Assembly: GCA_913030665.1 (NCBI GenBank)
Contig: CAJWFS010000003.1
Span: forward strand, 101-64,100
Direction of reading: 5' to 3'
Source of the DNA: an uncultured Acidimicrobiaceae bacterium
GTDB lineage: Bacteria > Actinomycetota > Acidimicrobiia > Acidimicrobiales > MedAcidi-G1
DNA: 64,000 nucleotides
Shown here: piece by piece, positions 9,328 through 18,165 of the stretch
Layout: each line of letters opens with the position of its first letter
Numbering within the stretch: position 1 is the stretch's first letter
Position numbers and translations under genes: made by a program
Notes under the pieces: generated by a model
Database searches by the model: none
The model's input: only the letters and a program-made list of their open reading frames with translations
Told to the model about the DNA's origin: nothing

Positions 9328-10824
9328 TCAGGAAAGGTCCATCCAGATGGTCTTCAACTCGGTGTACTGCTCGTGGGCCGCGATCGACTTGTCCCGGCCA
9401 CCGAAGCCCGACTGCTTGAACCCACCGAAGGGCGTGGTGATGTCGCCCTCGCCGTAGCAGTTCACGGCGACCGTTCCGGCCCGGATGGCCCGTGACGCCA
9501 GGTGGGCGGTGCGAAGGTCGGTGGTGTGGATGGTGGCGGCCAGCCCGTAGTCGGTGTCGTTGGCAAGACGGATGGCCTCCTCGGGCGTGTCGAAGGTGGT
9601 CACAGCCAGGACCGGTCCGAAGACCTCCTCGCGGGCCAGGCGGCTGGAGGGATCCACATTCGTGAAGACGGTGGGCTCCACGAACCACCCACCGCTCTCC
9701 ACGCGCACCCGGTTGCCCCCGATGGCACACGTCGAGCCGGCTGCGTGCGCGTCCGCTATGTGGCCCAGCACCTTGTCCATGTGGGCCTCCTCGATCATGG
9801 CCCCCACGGTCGTCTCGGGCACCAGGGGGTCGCCCACCACCCAGTCGCGGCTGCGTTCGGCGATGCGCTCCATGAGCTCGTCGAGGACCGAGTGCTGGAC
9901 GATGAGCCGTGAGTTGGCGCTGCAGTTCTGGCCTCCGTTCCAGAAGATCCCCTCGCAGATTCCTGTCGCCGCGGCATCCAGGTCGTCGGCGTCGGCCATG
10001 ACTATGACCGGGCTCTTGCCGCCGCACTCCAGCAGTACCTCCTTGAGGTTGGAGTCGGCCGAGTAGCGGAGGAAGTGGCGGCCTACCTCGGTGGATCCGG
10101 TGAAGGCGACGCAGTCCACGTCCGGGTGCAGTCCGATCGCTGCGCCGGCCGTTTCGCCGAACCCCGGGACCACGTTCAAGACGCCGTCCGGGATCCCGGC
10201 CTCGACGGCCAGCTCGGCCACCCGGATGGTCGACATGGAGGTCTGCTCTGCCGGCTTCACCACGCACGTGTTGCCGGCCGCCAGGATCGGGCCGATCTTC
10301 CAGCCGGCCATCATCAGCGGGTAGTTCCAGGGCAGCACGGCGCCGACCACGCCGACTGGCTCGCGGACCACCATCCCGACCTTGCCGGGGCCCGACGGCG
10401 AGAGCTGGTCGTAGAGCTTGTCGCACGCCTCGGCGTGCCAGCGCAGGGTCATCACCAGGTCGGGGACGTCGATCCCCGAGCAGTCGCTGATCGGCTTGCC
10501 CGCCTCCAGCGTCTCGATGATGGCGAGCTCGTCGGTGTGGGCCTCCACCAGGCTGGCGAACCGCAGCAGCAGCAGCTTGCGGTCAGCGGGCGCCATGCGA
10601 CCCCAGGGCCCCTCCTCGAAGGCGGCCCGTGCCGCGGCGACGGCACGGTCCACGTCCGTGGCATCGCACTCGGAGACCTGGGCCAGCTCGCGACCGGTGG
10701 CCGGATCCAGGGTGGCAAAGGTCCGTCCGCTGGCCGACTCCACGCTGCGGCCCCCGATGAGGGCCCGCGTCGGAGGCTGCACGGATGCCGCCAGGGCTGT
10801 CGGATCTGCAAGGTCGGTGGTCAT
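9328..10824 (-). CDS. NAD(P)+-dependent aldehyde dehydrogenase
   Basis: 'VLPWNYPL', 'VVKPAEQT', 'ECGGKSP', 'GQNCSANSR', 'EEVFGPVL'. The start was moved to ATG 10824 ('MTTDLADP'), which overlaps the stop of the upstream gene (ATGA). Confidence 0.92.
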   Translation of the reverse strand: MTTDLADPTALAASVQPPTRALIGGRSVESASGRTFATLDPATGRELAQVSECDATDVDRAVAAARAAFEEGPWGRMAPADRKLLLLRFASLVEAHTDELAIIETLEAGKPISDCSGIDVPDLVMTLRWHAEACDKLYDQLSPSGPGKVGMVVREPVGVVGAVLPWNYPLMMAGWKIGPILAAGNTCVVKPAEQTSMSTIRVAELAVEAGIPDGVLNVVPGFGETAGAAIGLHPDVDCVAFTGSTEVGRHFLRYSADSNLKEVLLECGGKSPVIVMADADDLDAAATGICEGIFWNGGQNCSANSRLIVQHSVLDELMERIAERSRDWVVGDPLVPETTVGAMIEEAHMDKVLGHIADAHAAGSTCAIGGNRVRVESGGWFVEPTVFTNVDPSSRLAREEVFGPVLAVTTFDTPEEAIRLANDTDYGLAATIHTTDLRTAHLASRAIRAGTVAVNCYGEGDITTPFGGFKQSGFGGRDKSIAAHEQYTELKTIWMDLS

Positions 10825-11852
10825 CGGGTGCTCCTCGTCGGGATCGTCCTGCCCACTCCCGCCCGGTCGGTCATGCGTACCAGCCAGTCGCGTTCGTCGT
10901 CCCATTCCCGGAACACCAGGCGGTCACGGTCCACCCGGTTCGTCGGCAGCGTGGAGAGGGCGGCGGTCAGCGATACGCGGCCCCGGCGGGTCATGGGCAT
11001 CACCGGCCGACGGCACGGGCCTACCGGCCGACCGACCATGTTGGTGGCCGTCTTGACCGCCACGTTGTACTCGGCGTCCACGGCGTTGTCCCAGAAGAAC
11101 AGGTTGGCTGGCAGCATCCGATTCCAGAGCTCGAGTGCCTCGAGGTTGCGACCGGCGATGATGTGGTCGTAGAGGGCCACGCACTCGTGCGGCATGACGT
11201 TGGCGGCGCCCCAGATCCAGCCTGCCGAGCCGGCCATGAGGGCGTACGGGGCCAGTGGGTCGGCTCCGGACAGCACGTGACCGCCGATGCCCAGCAACTG
11301 CTGGATGCGTATCAGGTCACCTGTGGAGTCCTTGATGTAGTCGATGTTCTCCATGGCTATGAGCTTCCGGTACAGGTCCGGGGTGATGTCGAAGCCGGAC
11401 TGTGCAGGGATGTTGTAGAGGACGATGGGGGCGTCGATGGCCCGGGCCAACTTCTCGTAGTGGTACATGACCCCGCGTTCGAACGGTCCCTCGAAGTACG
11501 GAGGGAGGACCATCACGGCGCTGGCTCCCAGGCCGATCGCAGCCCGGGAGTTCTCTATGGCGTCCACGGTGGTTATCGCCGACGTCTGACAGATGACCGG
11601 GATGCGGCCTGCCACCTGTTCGATGCCGACCTCGAAGGCGCGGCGCTTCTCGTCGGTCGAGAGGAAGGCGAACTCGCCGGTGCCGGCGGCCAGCACCAGG
11701 CCGTGGATGCCTGCGTCGACGAGGCTCTCGACGTGGTCGCGCAGTCGCCCCTCGTCGAGCGACTCGCCGGAGTCGTCGAACGGGCTGCACATGGCGGCGC
11801 AGACGCCGTGGAGCAGTGGCGGTTCCGGGGCGGTGCCGTTGGTGGTGGTCAT
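10821..11852 (-). CDS. DHDPS/N-acetylneuraminate-lyase family (class I aldolase fold) enzyme
   Basis: 'GLVLAAGTGEFAFLSTDEKRR', 'VMVLPPYF', 'LYNIP', and 'IKDSTGD' (Schiff-base Lys context). Confidence 0.88.
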   Translation of the reverse strand: MTTTNGTAPEPPLLHGVCAAMCSPFDDSGESLDEGRLRDHVESLVDAGIHGLVLAAGTGEFAFLSTDEKRRAFEVGIEQVAGRIPVICQTSAITTVDAIENSRAAIGLGASAVMVLPPYFEGPFERGVMYHYEKLARAIDAPIVLYNIPAQSGFDITPDLYRKLIAMENIDYIKDSTGDLIRIQQLLGIGGHVLSGADPLAPYALMAGSAGWIWGAANVMPHECVALYDHIIAGRNLEALELWNRMLPANLFFWDNAVDAEYNVAVKTATNMVGRPVGPCRRPVMPMTRRGRVSLTAALSTLPTNRVDRDRLVFREWDDERDWLVRMTDRAGVGRTIPTRSTR

Positions 11853-11890
11853 GTCGGATTCCTCGGGATTCTGGGTGGGCTGTCGCCGTC

Positions 11891-13438
11891 TCAGGTGACC
11901 AGGTCCGGCAACTCGGCATCACGACGAGCCACGTAGTCGTCGAGTTCTTCGCGGACGTGGTCGTCCAGTGCCGGTTCCTCGTACTCGTCGAGCATCTGGC
12001 GGCACCTGGCAGCTGCCCTCTCCTCGGCGCTCTGCGACCCGTCGGCCAACCACTGTTCGTAGTTGTCGCTGTTCATCATCTCGGGCATCGAGAAGGCGGT
12101 CTGGAAGTTGGCCAGCGTGTGCTCCGTGCCGAGGTGGTGGCCGCCCGCCGGCACCGAGCGCATCGAGTCCAGCACCTCGTCCAGGTCGTCGAACGAGACC
12201 CCGCTGCCCAACTGGTACATGAGCTCCAACTGCTCGCTGTCCAGGACCCACTTGGCGTAGCTCTGGCACATGGCGCTCTCCAGGTAGCCGGTGGTGGAGA
12301 GGACGAAGTTCGTGCCCGCCATGAGCACGCCGTACATGTTGCGGGCCGCCTCGTAGCCGGCCTGGGCGTCGACCATCTTGGAGCTCGTGCACGAGCCGCT
12401 GCAACGCGACGGAAGGTTGTAGTGGCGGGCCATCTGTGCGGTGAGCAGGTTCATGTGGCAGATCTCAGGCGTGCCGGCCTGGGGAGCGCCGGTACGCATC
12501 GAAACGGTGGACAGCCACTGGCCGTAGAGGGCAGGGGCGCCCGTACGGACCAGCTGCGAGAAGGCCACGCCGGTGAGGGCCTCGATGTTGACCTGGATGA
12601 CCGCCCCGACCGTGGAGGCCGGCGTGGAGGCGCCACCCAGCACGAACGGGCTGAAGAGCGTGGCCTGGTTGGCGGCTGCGAAGACCCGGACGCTGTCCAG
12701 CATGGTCTTGTCCCAGACCAGGGGGGTGTTGGCGTTGGCCAGGCAGGTCATGACGGTCGTCTCGCGTACGAAGTCTTGGCCGAACACGATTCCCGCCATG
12801 TGCAGGCTGTCCTCGGCTCGGTCCATGGAGGTGACCGCTCCCATGAACGGCTTGGACGAGTACTTCAGGAGGCTCTCCGTCATGTAGAGGTGCCGCTTTG
12901 GGACCGGTACGTCCATCGGCTCGCAGACCACCCCGCCCGACATGTGAAGTGCCGGCGACAGGTGGTTCAGCTTCGTGAAGTCACGGAAGTCCTGAAGGGT
13001 GGCTGGGCGACGGACGCCGTCAAGGTCCAGCACGTACGGGGCGCCGTAGGAGGGGGTGAAGATGGTCCTGCCATCGCCGACAGTGACCGTGTGGGCCGGG
13101 TCGCGGGCCACCATCGTGTACGAGGAGGGAGCGGTGCCGACGAGAGACATCAGGTGCTCGCGGTCGATGCGCACGGTGACACCGTCAATGTCGGCCCCGG
13201 CCGCACGCCACATGCCGATGGCGTCGTCGCACCTGAACTCGACGCCCACCTCCTCGATGATGTCCATGGAGGCGTCATGGATCCTCTGGACCTGCTCGTC
13301 GTCGAGCAGGTCCACCCAGGGGATCCTGCGCTCCAGCTCGGGAAGCCACCGCTGGACCCTGGTACGGCGCTTCGCTGCCCGGGCATCGCGACCCCGGCGG
13401 ACTCCTCGCTGTGGCCGGACCGTGCTCGTGTCGGTCAT
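11891..13438 (-). CDS. MttB (trimethylamine methyltransferase) superfamily protein, non-pyrrolysine type
   Basis: 515 aa from ATG 13438 ('MTDTSTVRPQRG'). It has an Arg-rich N-terminus and the segments 'FMGAVTSMDRAEDSLHMAGIVFG', 'SPFVLGGASTPAS' and 'MRTGAPQAGTPE'. There is no in-frame TAG. The 848-aa track ORF is an upstream shadow extension. Confidence 0.85.
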   Translation of the reverse strand: MTDTSTVRPQRGVRRGRDARAAKRRTRVQRWLPELERRIPWVDLLDDEQVQRIHDASMDIIEEVGVEFRCDDAIGMWRAAGADIDGVTVRIDREHLMSLVGTAPSSYTMVARDPAHTVTVGDGRTIFTPSYGAPYVLDLDGVRRPATLQDFRDFTKLNHLSPALHMSGGVVCEPMDVPVPKRHLYMTESLLKYSSKPFMGAVTSMDRAEDSLHMAGIVFGQDFVRETTVMTCLANANTPLVWDKTMLDSVRVFAAANQATLFSPFVLGGASTPASTVGAVIQVNIEALTGVAFSQLVRTGAPALYGQWLSTVSMRTGAPQAGTPEICHMNLLTAQMARHYNLPSRCSGSCTSSKMVDAQAGYEAARNMYGVLMAGTNFVLSTTGYLESAMCQSYAKWVLDSEQLELMYQLGSGVSFDDLDEVLDSMRSVPAGGHHLGTEHTLANFQTAFSMPEMMNSDNYEQWLADGSQSAEERAAARCRQMLDEYEEPALDDHVREELDDYVARRDAELPDLVT

Positions 13439-13469
13439 AGGTGTACAGGTCCGGTTCGCACCGTCGGAT

Positions 13470-13498
13470 GCTTGCCGTGATCGGTGCTGAAGGCAAGC
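13470..13498. promoter_or_regulatory. perfect 7-bp inverted repeat GCTTGCC-N15-GGCAAGC in the mttB-like / CoA-transferase divergent region
   Basis: Read directly from the sequence. It lies 32 nt from the mttB-like start codon. Confidence 0.45.
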
Positions 13499-13546
13499 GA
13501 GGCCCCCGCATTGCCGTGTCGTGCCGCCGCTGAGAGACTCCCGCTC

Positions 13547-14734
13547 GTGCCGGACAGCCCCGATGACGATCAGCGTGCCGATACCGGTGCGTTGGGCCAC
13601 CTCCGGATAGCCGACTTCAGCCGGGTGCTGGCGGGGCCGATGGCCACGATGGTGCTGGGTGACCTGGGCGCCGACGTGGTGAAGGTCGAGCAGCCGGGCG
13701 TGGGCGACGAGACCAGAACCTGGGGTCCGCCGTGGTGGGGCGAGGGGGGTGCGGCGACCAGCACCTACTACCTGGGCCTGAACCGCAACAAGCGCAGCAT
13801 CGCGCTGGACCTCCGGGATGCCGACGACCTCACCGTGGCACGGAGGATCGCCCTGGGTGCCGACGTCGTGGTCGACAACTTCAGGGTGGGCACCATGAAA
13901 CGCTTCGGCCTGGACAGGGAGTCGCTGGCCATCGAGCGTCCCGACCTGGTTACCTGTTCGATCACCGGATTCGGCAGCACCGGAGCCGGTGCCCGCCTGG
14001 CCGGCTACGACTTCCTGGTCCAGGCCATGAGCGGGGTGATGTCGATCACGGGCGACGCCGATGGCGAACCGACCAAGGTCGGATCGGCGATGGTGGACAA
14101 CCTGACCGGTCTCTACGCCGTGATCGCCATCCTGGCGGCCATCGAGGAACGCCACTGGACCGGTCTCGGCCAGCACGTGGAGGTCTCGCTCATGGGGGCG
14201 GCCCTGGCCGGCCTGTTGAACGTCGGGTCGGGGCACGTGGTGGCTGACATCGATCCGGGCAGGCAGGGCAACCGGCACCCGTCGATCGTCCCATATCAGC
14301 CGTACCGGACGTCGGACGGCGTGCTGGCCGTGGCCGCCGCCAGCCCGAGCCTCTGGGAGAGGTTCTGCGTGGTCCTGGGGCGGGACGACTGGCTGACCGA
14401 CGTCCGCTTCTGCGACAACGGGTCGCGGATGCGACACGCCGACGATCTGGAGGTCGAGATCGAGTCAGCCCTGGCCACCGATACGACGGAGGCGTGGTTG
14501 GAGCGCCTGCGTGCCGGCGGCATCCCGGCGGGGCCGATCAACACGGTGCGCAGCGCGTTCTTGGAGGCGACTGAGCTGGGCCTGGACCCGGTCGACGTGT
14601 TCGAGGATGGCGACGGGGAGTTCAGGTCCGTGCGGTCGCCCATTCGGATGTCGGCGACGCCTCCAACGGTGAGGCGGCGACCGCCGACCAACGACCAGCA
14701 CGGCGCCGAACTCCGCTCCGGGCTGGATTCCTGA
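13547..14734 (+). CDS. CaiB/BaiF family (class III) CoA-transferase
   Basis: 'RIADFSRVLAGPMATMVLGDLGADVVKVEQP' and 'YYLGLNRNKRSIALDL'. I preferred the GTG 13547 start because the track start at 13484 lies inside the inverted repeat. Confidence 0.88.
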   Translation: MPDSPDDDQRADTGALGHLRIADFSRVLAGPMATMVLGDLGADVVKVEQPGVGDETRTWGPPWWGEGGAATSTYYLGLNRNKRSIALDLRDADDLTVARRIALGADVVVDNFRVGTMKRFGLDRESLAIERPDLVTCSITGFGSTGAGARLAGYDFLVQAMSGVMSITGDADGEPTKVGSAMVDNLTGLYAVIAILAAIEERHWTGLGQHVEVSLMGAALAGLLNVGSGHVVADIDPGRQGNRHPSIVPYQPYRTSDGVLAVAAASPSLWERFCVVLGRDDWLTDVRFCDNGSRMRHADDLEVEIESALATDTTEAWLERLRAGGIPAGPINTVRSAFLEATELGLDPVDVFEDGDGEFRSVRSPIRMSATPPTVRRRPPTNDQHGAELRSGLDS

Positions 14735-14779
14735 AAGGACCGGTACCGCTACGGCGGCGGGTGGCCCGGGGGACCGGGC

Positions 14780-16702
14780 CTACGGCTCGATGACGTTCCA
14801 GAAGAGCGGGAAGTCGGTGAGGTTTCCGAACAGCCCCACGACCCGCTCGACGTCTCCGGCGATGGTCACCGCTCCGGATTCCACTACCTCGGCGAACGGG
14901 GTGCCCGTGGCAATCATGTTCTCCAGTGCCGCCCGGTCGCCGGTGACCGTGGCATCTGGCGATGCGTGCGTACGTCCGGGGAGCGAGTGCAGGGTTCCGT
15001 TGGAGAGCTCCACCCTGACCGTGTCGACGACGTCGGGCAGGACCCAGTCCACCGAGAGGTGGCCCAGCGACACGACGGCGGGACCGTCCAGGCGGACAGC
15101 CATGAAGTCGAAGATCTGCTGGAGGCTCATGCCCCGGAGCACCTCGTCCCTGGGGCGCTGGATGGCTGGGAGGTCGATGGGCCCGTTCCGGAGTTCCTGG
15201 GCGCCGGTCAGGTAGATGTCGCGCCACGGGCCGGACTCGGCCCGGTAGCCGAGTTGCTCGAAGGCGTCGGCCTGCAGCATGCGGGCCTCGACGCAGGTTG
15301 GGTCTGCGAACACGGCGTGGCGCAGCACCTCGGCAACCCAGCGGTGGTCGCCGGCCTCGTACGAGGACCGGGCCTGTTCCAGTAGGCGGTCCATTCCACC
15401 CATGAAGTCGACGTAGCGCCTTCCGGCCTCGACGGGCTCGTAGGGGTCCAGGCTGGACGGGTGGCCGTCGTAGAAGCCGAGGTACCGCTGGTAGACGGCC
15501 CGGACGTTGTGGCTGACCGTGCCGTAGTAGCCGTGGCAGAGGTAGTCGGCCCACAGGCCCGGCGGCAGGTCGATGGCCGCTGATATCTCGTTCGGCGTGA
15601 GGCCCTTGTTGGCCAGCCGCATGGCCTCGTCATGGAGCCAGCGGTAGAGGTCCCGCTGGCGGGTGAGGTAGCCGTGGACCGCCCCGGCCCCCCAGTGGGG
15701 CCAGCCGTGGCTGGCGAACACCACGTCGGTGACGTCGCCCCAACGGTCCATGGCCTCGTCGATGTAGCGGCTCCACATGAGGGCGTCGCGCACCAGGGCG
15801 CCGCGCAGGGTGAGCACGTTGTGCATGGTGCCGGTGCAGTTCTCGGCCATGCAGAGGGCACGGTGGTCCGGGAAGTAGAAGTGCATCTCGGCCGGGGCCT
15901 CGGACTCCGGGGTGAGCTGGAACTCGATCCTGACGCCGTCGAGCACCAGTTCCTGTCCGGTCTCGGTGATCTCGATGGTCGGAGGCACGAGGGCCGAGGA
16001 GCCGGTGGGAACCCCCTTGCCCAGGCCCTGGTCGACGTGGCCCTGCTCATCGGCCGGCAGGAGCATTCCGAACTGGTAGGTGGCCCGGCGTCCCATGGCC
16101 GGTGCGGCGACAACATTCTCGGCGACCGCCTCGTGGACGAATCCCTCCGGAGCCACTACCGGCACCTCGCCGGAGTCCACCCGGGCCCGGTCGACCACGC
16201 CAAGGATGCCGCCATAGTGGTCAACGTGGGAGTGGGTGTAGATGACAGCGGTGACAGGGCGTTCGCCGAGCTGCTCGGTGACGAGCTGGAATGCGGCTGT
16301 GGCGGTCTCGGTGGTTGTCAGGGGGTCTATGACCACCCAGCCCTCGTCTCCCCGGATGAACGTGATGCTGGAGGTGTCGAAGCCCCGCACCTGGTAGAAG
16401 CCGTCGAGGACCTCGTAGAGGCCGTGCTGGGCGTTGAAGCCGGCCTGGCGCCACAGCGACGGGTTTACGGTGTCGGGGCATGGGGCATGCACGAAGTCCG
16501 ATGCCGAGAGGTCCCAGGAGATGGGCTGCCACGGGTTGGGGAGCAGCTTCGGGATAACCGGTTCGGTCCTCGTGGCGATGAAGCCCCGGGCCACGTTGGC
16601 AGCATCGGTGCCGTCGTCGGGTGGAAGGGTTGATGCGAACGCCTCGATGTCGGCTCGGGTATGGGCGGTTGCCGGCTTGCGGGAGAGCGGGTCGTGCGTC
16701 AT
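14780..16702 (-). CDS. metallo-beta-lactamase-fold alkyl/aryl-sulfatase (SdsA1/BDS1 type) with a C-terminal SCP2-like domain
   Basis: 'IYTHSHVDHYGG' is an HxHxDH motif. The 640-aa size fits, and so does the C-terminal 'ATVTGDRAALENMIATGTPFAEVVESGAVTIAGD'. No N-terminal signal peptide is visible. Confidence 0.85.
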   Translation of the reverse strand: MTHDPLSRKPATAHTRADIEAFASTLPPDDGTDAANVARGFIATRTEPVIPKLLPNPWQPISWDLSASDFVHAPCPDTVNPSLWRQAGFNAQHGLYEVLDGFYQVRGFDTSSITFIRGDEGWVVIDPLTTTETATAAFQLVTEQLGERPVTAVIYTHSHVDHYGGILGVVDRARVDSGEVPVVAPEGFVHEAVAENVVAAPAMGRRATYQFGMLLPADEQGHVDQGLGKGVPTGSSALVPPTIEITETGQELVLDGVRIEFQLTPESEAPAEMHFYFPDHRALCMAENCTGTMHNVLTLRGALVRDALMWSRYIDEAMDRWGDVTDVVFASHGWPHWGAGAVHGYLTRQRDLYRWLHDEAMRLANKGLTPNEISAAIDLPPGLWADYLCHGYYGTVSHNVRAVYQRYLGFYDGHPSSLDPYEPVEAGRRYVDFMGGMDRLLEQARSSYEAGDHRWVAEVLRHAVFADPTCVEARMLQADAFEQLGYRAESGPWRDIYLTGAQELRNGPIDLPAIQRPRDEVLRGMSLQQIFDFMAVRLDGPAVVSLGHLSVDWVLPDVVDTVRVELSNGTLHSLPGRTHASPDATVTGDRAALENMIATGTPFAEVVESGAVTIAGDVERVVGLFGNLTDFPLFWNVIEP

Positions 16703-16753
16703 CGGACCTCCTCGTGTGCTGTGTTCACTGACTGACGTGGTGGGCCGGGGAAA

Positions 16754-18076
16754 TCAGGGCCTGGAGAAGATCGGGCCGGTGGCGTCCAGCATCGGTATCT
16801 CGCCCGGACCGTCCTGGTAGCGGTTCAGCTCGAACCGGGCGACGACGAAGTGGTGTACCTCGTCCGGACCGTCGGCCAGGCGAAGGGTGCGCTGACGGGT
16901 GTACATGCCTGCCAGCGGTGTCCACTGGGATACGCCGGTGGCGCCGTGGATCTGGATGGCGGCATCGATGATCTGGCAGACCTTCTCCGGGACCATGGCC
17001 TTCACGGCGCTGATCCACACCCGGGCCTCGGCATTGCCCATGGTGTCCATGGCCTTGGCGGCCCTCAGGACCATGAGGCGCATGGCCTCGATCTCGATCC
17101 GGGCCCTGGAGATGACCTCCATGTTCTTGCCCAGGCGGGCGATCGGCTTGCCGAATGCCTCACGGTGGAGCCCCCGGCGGCACATCAGCTCGATGGCCCG
17201 CTCGGCGGCTCCGATGGACCGCATGCAGTGGTGGATGCGGCCGGGGCCCAGGCGGAGTTGGGAGATCTCGAATCCCCTGCCCTCGCCCAGCAGCATGTTC
17301 GATGCCGGCACCCGGGCGTCCTTGAAGGTGATGTGCATGTGGCCGTGTGGGGCGTCGTCGTCGCCGAAGACCTGCATCGGATGGTCGACGGTGACACCGG
17401 GGGTGTCGATGGGCACGAGGATCTGCGACTGGCGGCGGTGCGGCGGACCGTCGGGGCTGGTCTGCAGCATCGTGATCATCACCTTGCAGCGGGGATCACC
17501 CGCCCCGGAGATGTAGTACTTGGTGCCGTTGATGACCCACTCGTCACCGTCCAGGACCGCCCGACAGGCAATGGTCTTGGCGTCCGAGGAGGCCACATCG
17601 GGTTCGGTCATTGCGTAGGCAGACCGGATCTCACCGTTCAGCAGCGGTTCCAGCCACCGCTTTTTCTGCTCCGGGGTGCCGACCCTCTCCAGGACTTCCA
17701 TGTTGCCGGTGTCGGGGGCCGAGCAGTTGAGGCTCTCCGAGGCGAGGGGGTTCTTGCCTAGTTCGGACGCTATGTAGGCGTAGTCCAGGTTCGAGAGGCC
17801 CTCTCCGGTCTCGGCGTCCGGGAGGAAGAGGTTCCAGAGACCGACCTCGCGGGCCTTGGCCTTGAGCCCGTCCAGGATGTCCATCTGGCCCGGGTGGTAG
17901 CCCCAGTGATCGGTGCGTTCAGCCCCCAGCCGGTGGAATTCCAGGGTGACCGGTTCCACCTCGTCGGCGATGAAGGCCCGCACCCGGTCGTAGATGGGGC
18001 GTGCGCCCTCGGACATGGTGAGGTCCAGGGAGGGGTCTGTGGGATCCTCGATGTGCAGGCCGGGGCCGATTGCCAT
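16754..18076 (-). CDS. acyl-CoA dehydrogenase (ACAD10/11 / FadE2-like)
   Basis: 'AYAMTEPDVASSDA', 'WVINGTKYYISGAGD', 'QIHGATGVS'. Confidence 0.9.
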   Translation of the reverse strand: MAIGPGLHIEDPTDPSLDLTMSEGARPIYDRVRAFIADEVEPVTLEFHRLGAERTDHWGYHPGQMDILDGLKAKAREVGLWNLFLPDAETGEGLSNLDYAYIASELGKNPLASESLNCSAPDTGNMEVLERVGTPEQKKRWLEPLLNGEIRSAYAMTEPDVASSDAKTIACRAVLDGDEWVINGTKYYISGAGDPRCKVMITMLQTSPDGPPHRRQSQILVPIDTPGVTVDHPMQVFGDDDAPHGHMHITFKDARVPASNMLLGEGRGFEISQLRLGPGRIHHCMRSIGAAERAIELMCRRGLHREAFGKPIARLGKNMEVISRARIEIEAMRLMVLRAAKAMDTMGNAEARVWISAVKAMVPEKVCQIIDAAIQIHGATGVSQWTPLAGMYTRQRTLRLADGPDEVHHFVVARFELNRYQDGPGEIPMLDATGPIFSRP

Positions 18077-18165
18077 GGATGCGTCCTAGTGCTGGGCGGC
18101 GCCCTCTCGGGGCGGGTTCGGGCCGAATCTAGGCGCGCTCGCCACGGGCCTCCCCAGCGGGCAGA

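Noticed and set aside
11891-13438. An in-frame amber (pyrrolysine) codon in the MttB-family gene.
   Set aside because: The reading frame is continuous in the track with no internal TAG. No pylTSBCD-like genes are visible in the window, so this is a non-Pyl family member.
11816-13480. A 554-aa plus-strand ORF antisense to the MttB-family gene.
   Set aside because: It has no recognisable domain and its composition is dominated by G/R/V/H/D. It shares third-codon-position phase with the strongly supported minus-strand gene, so it is a shadow ORF.
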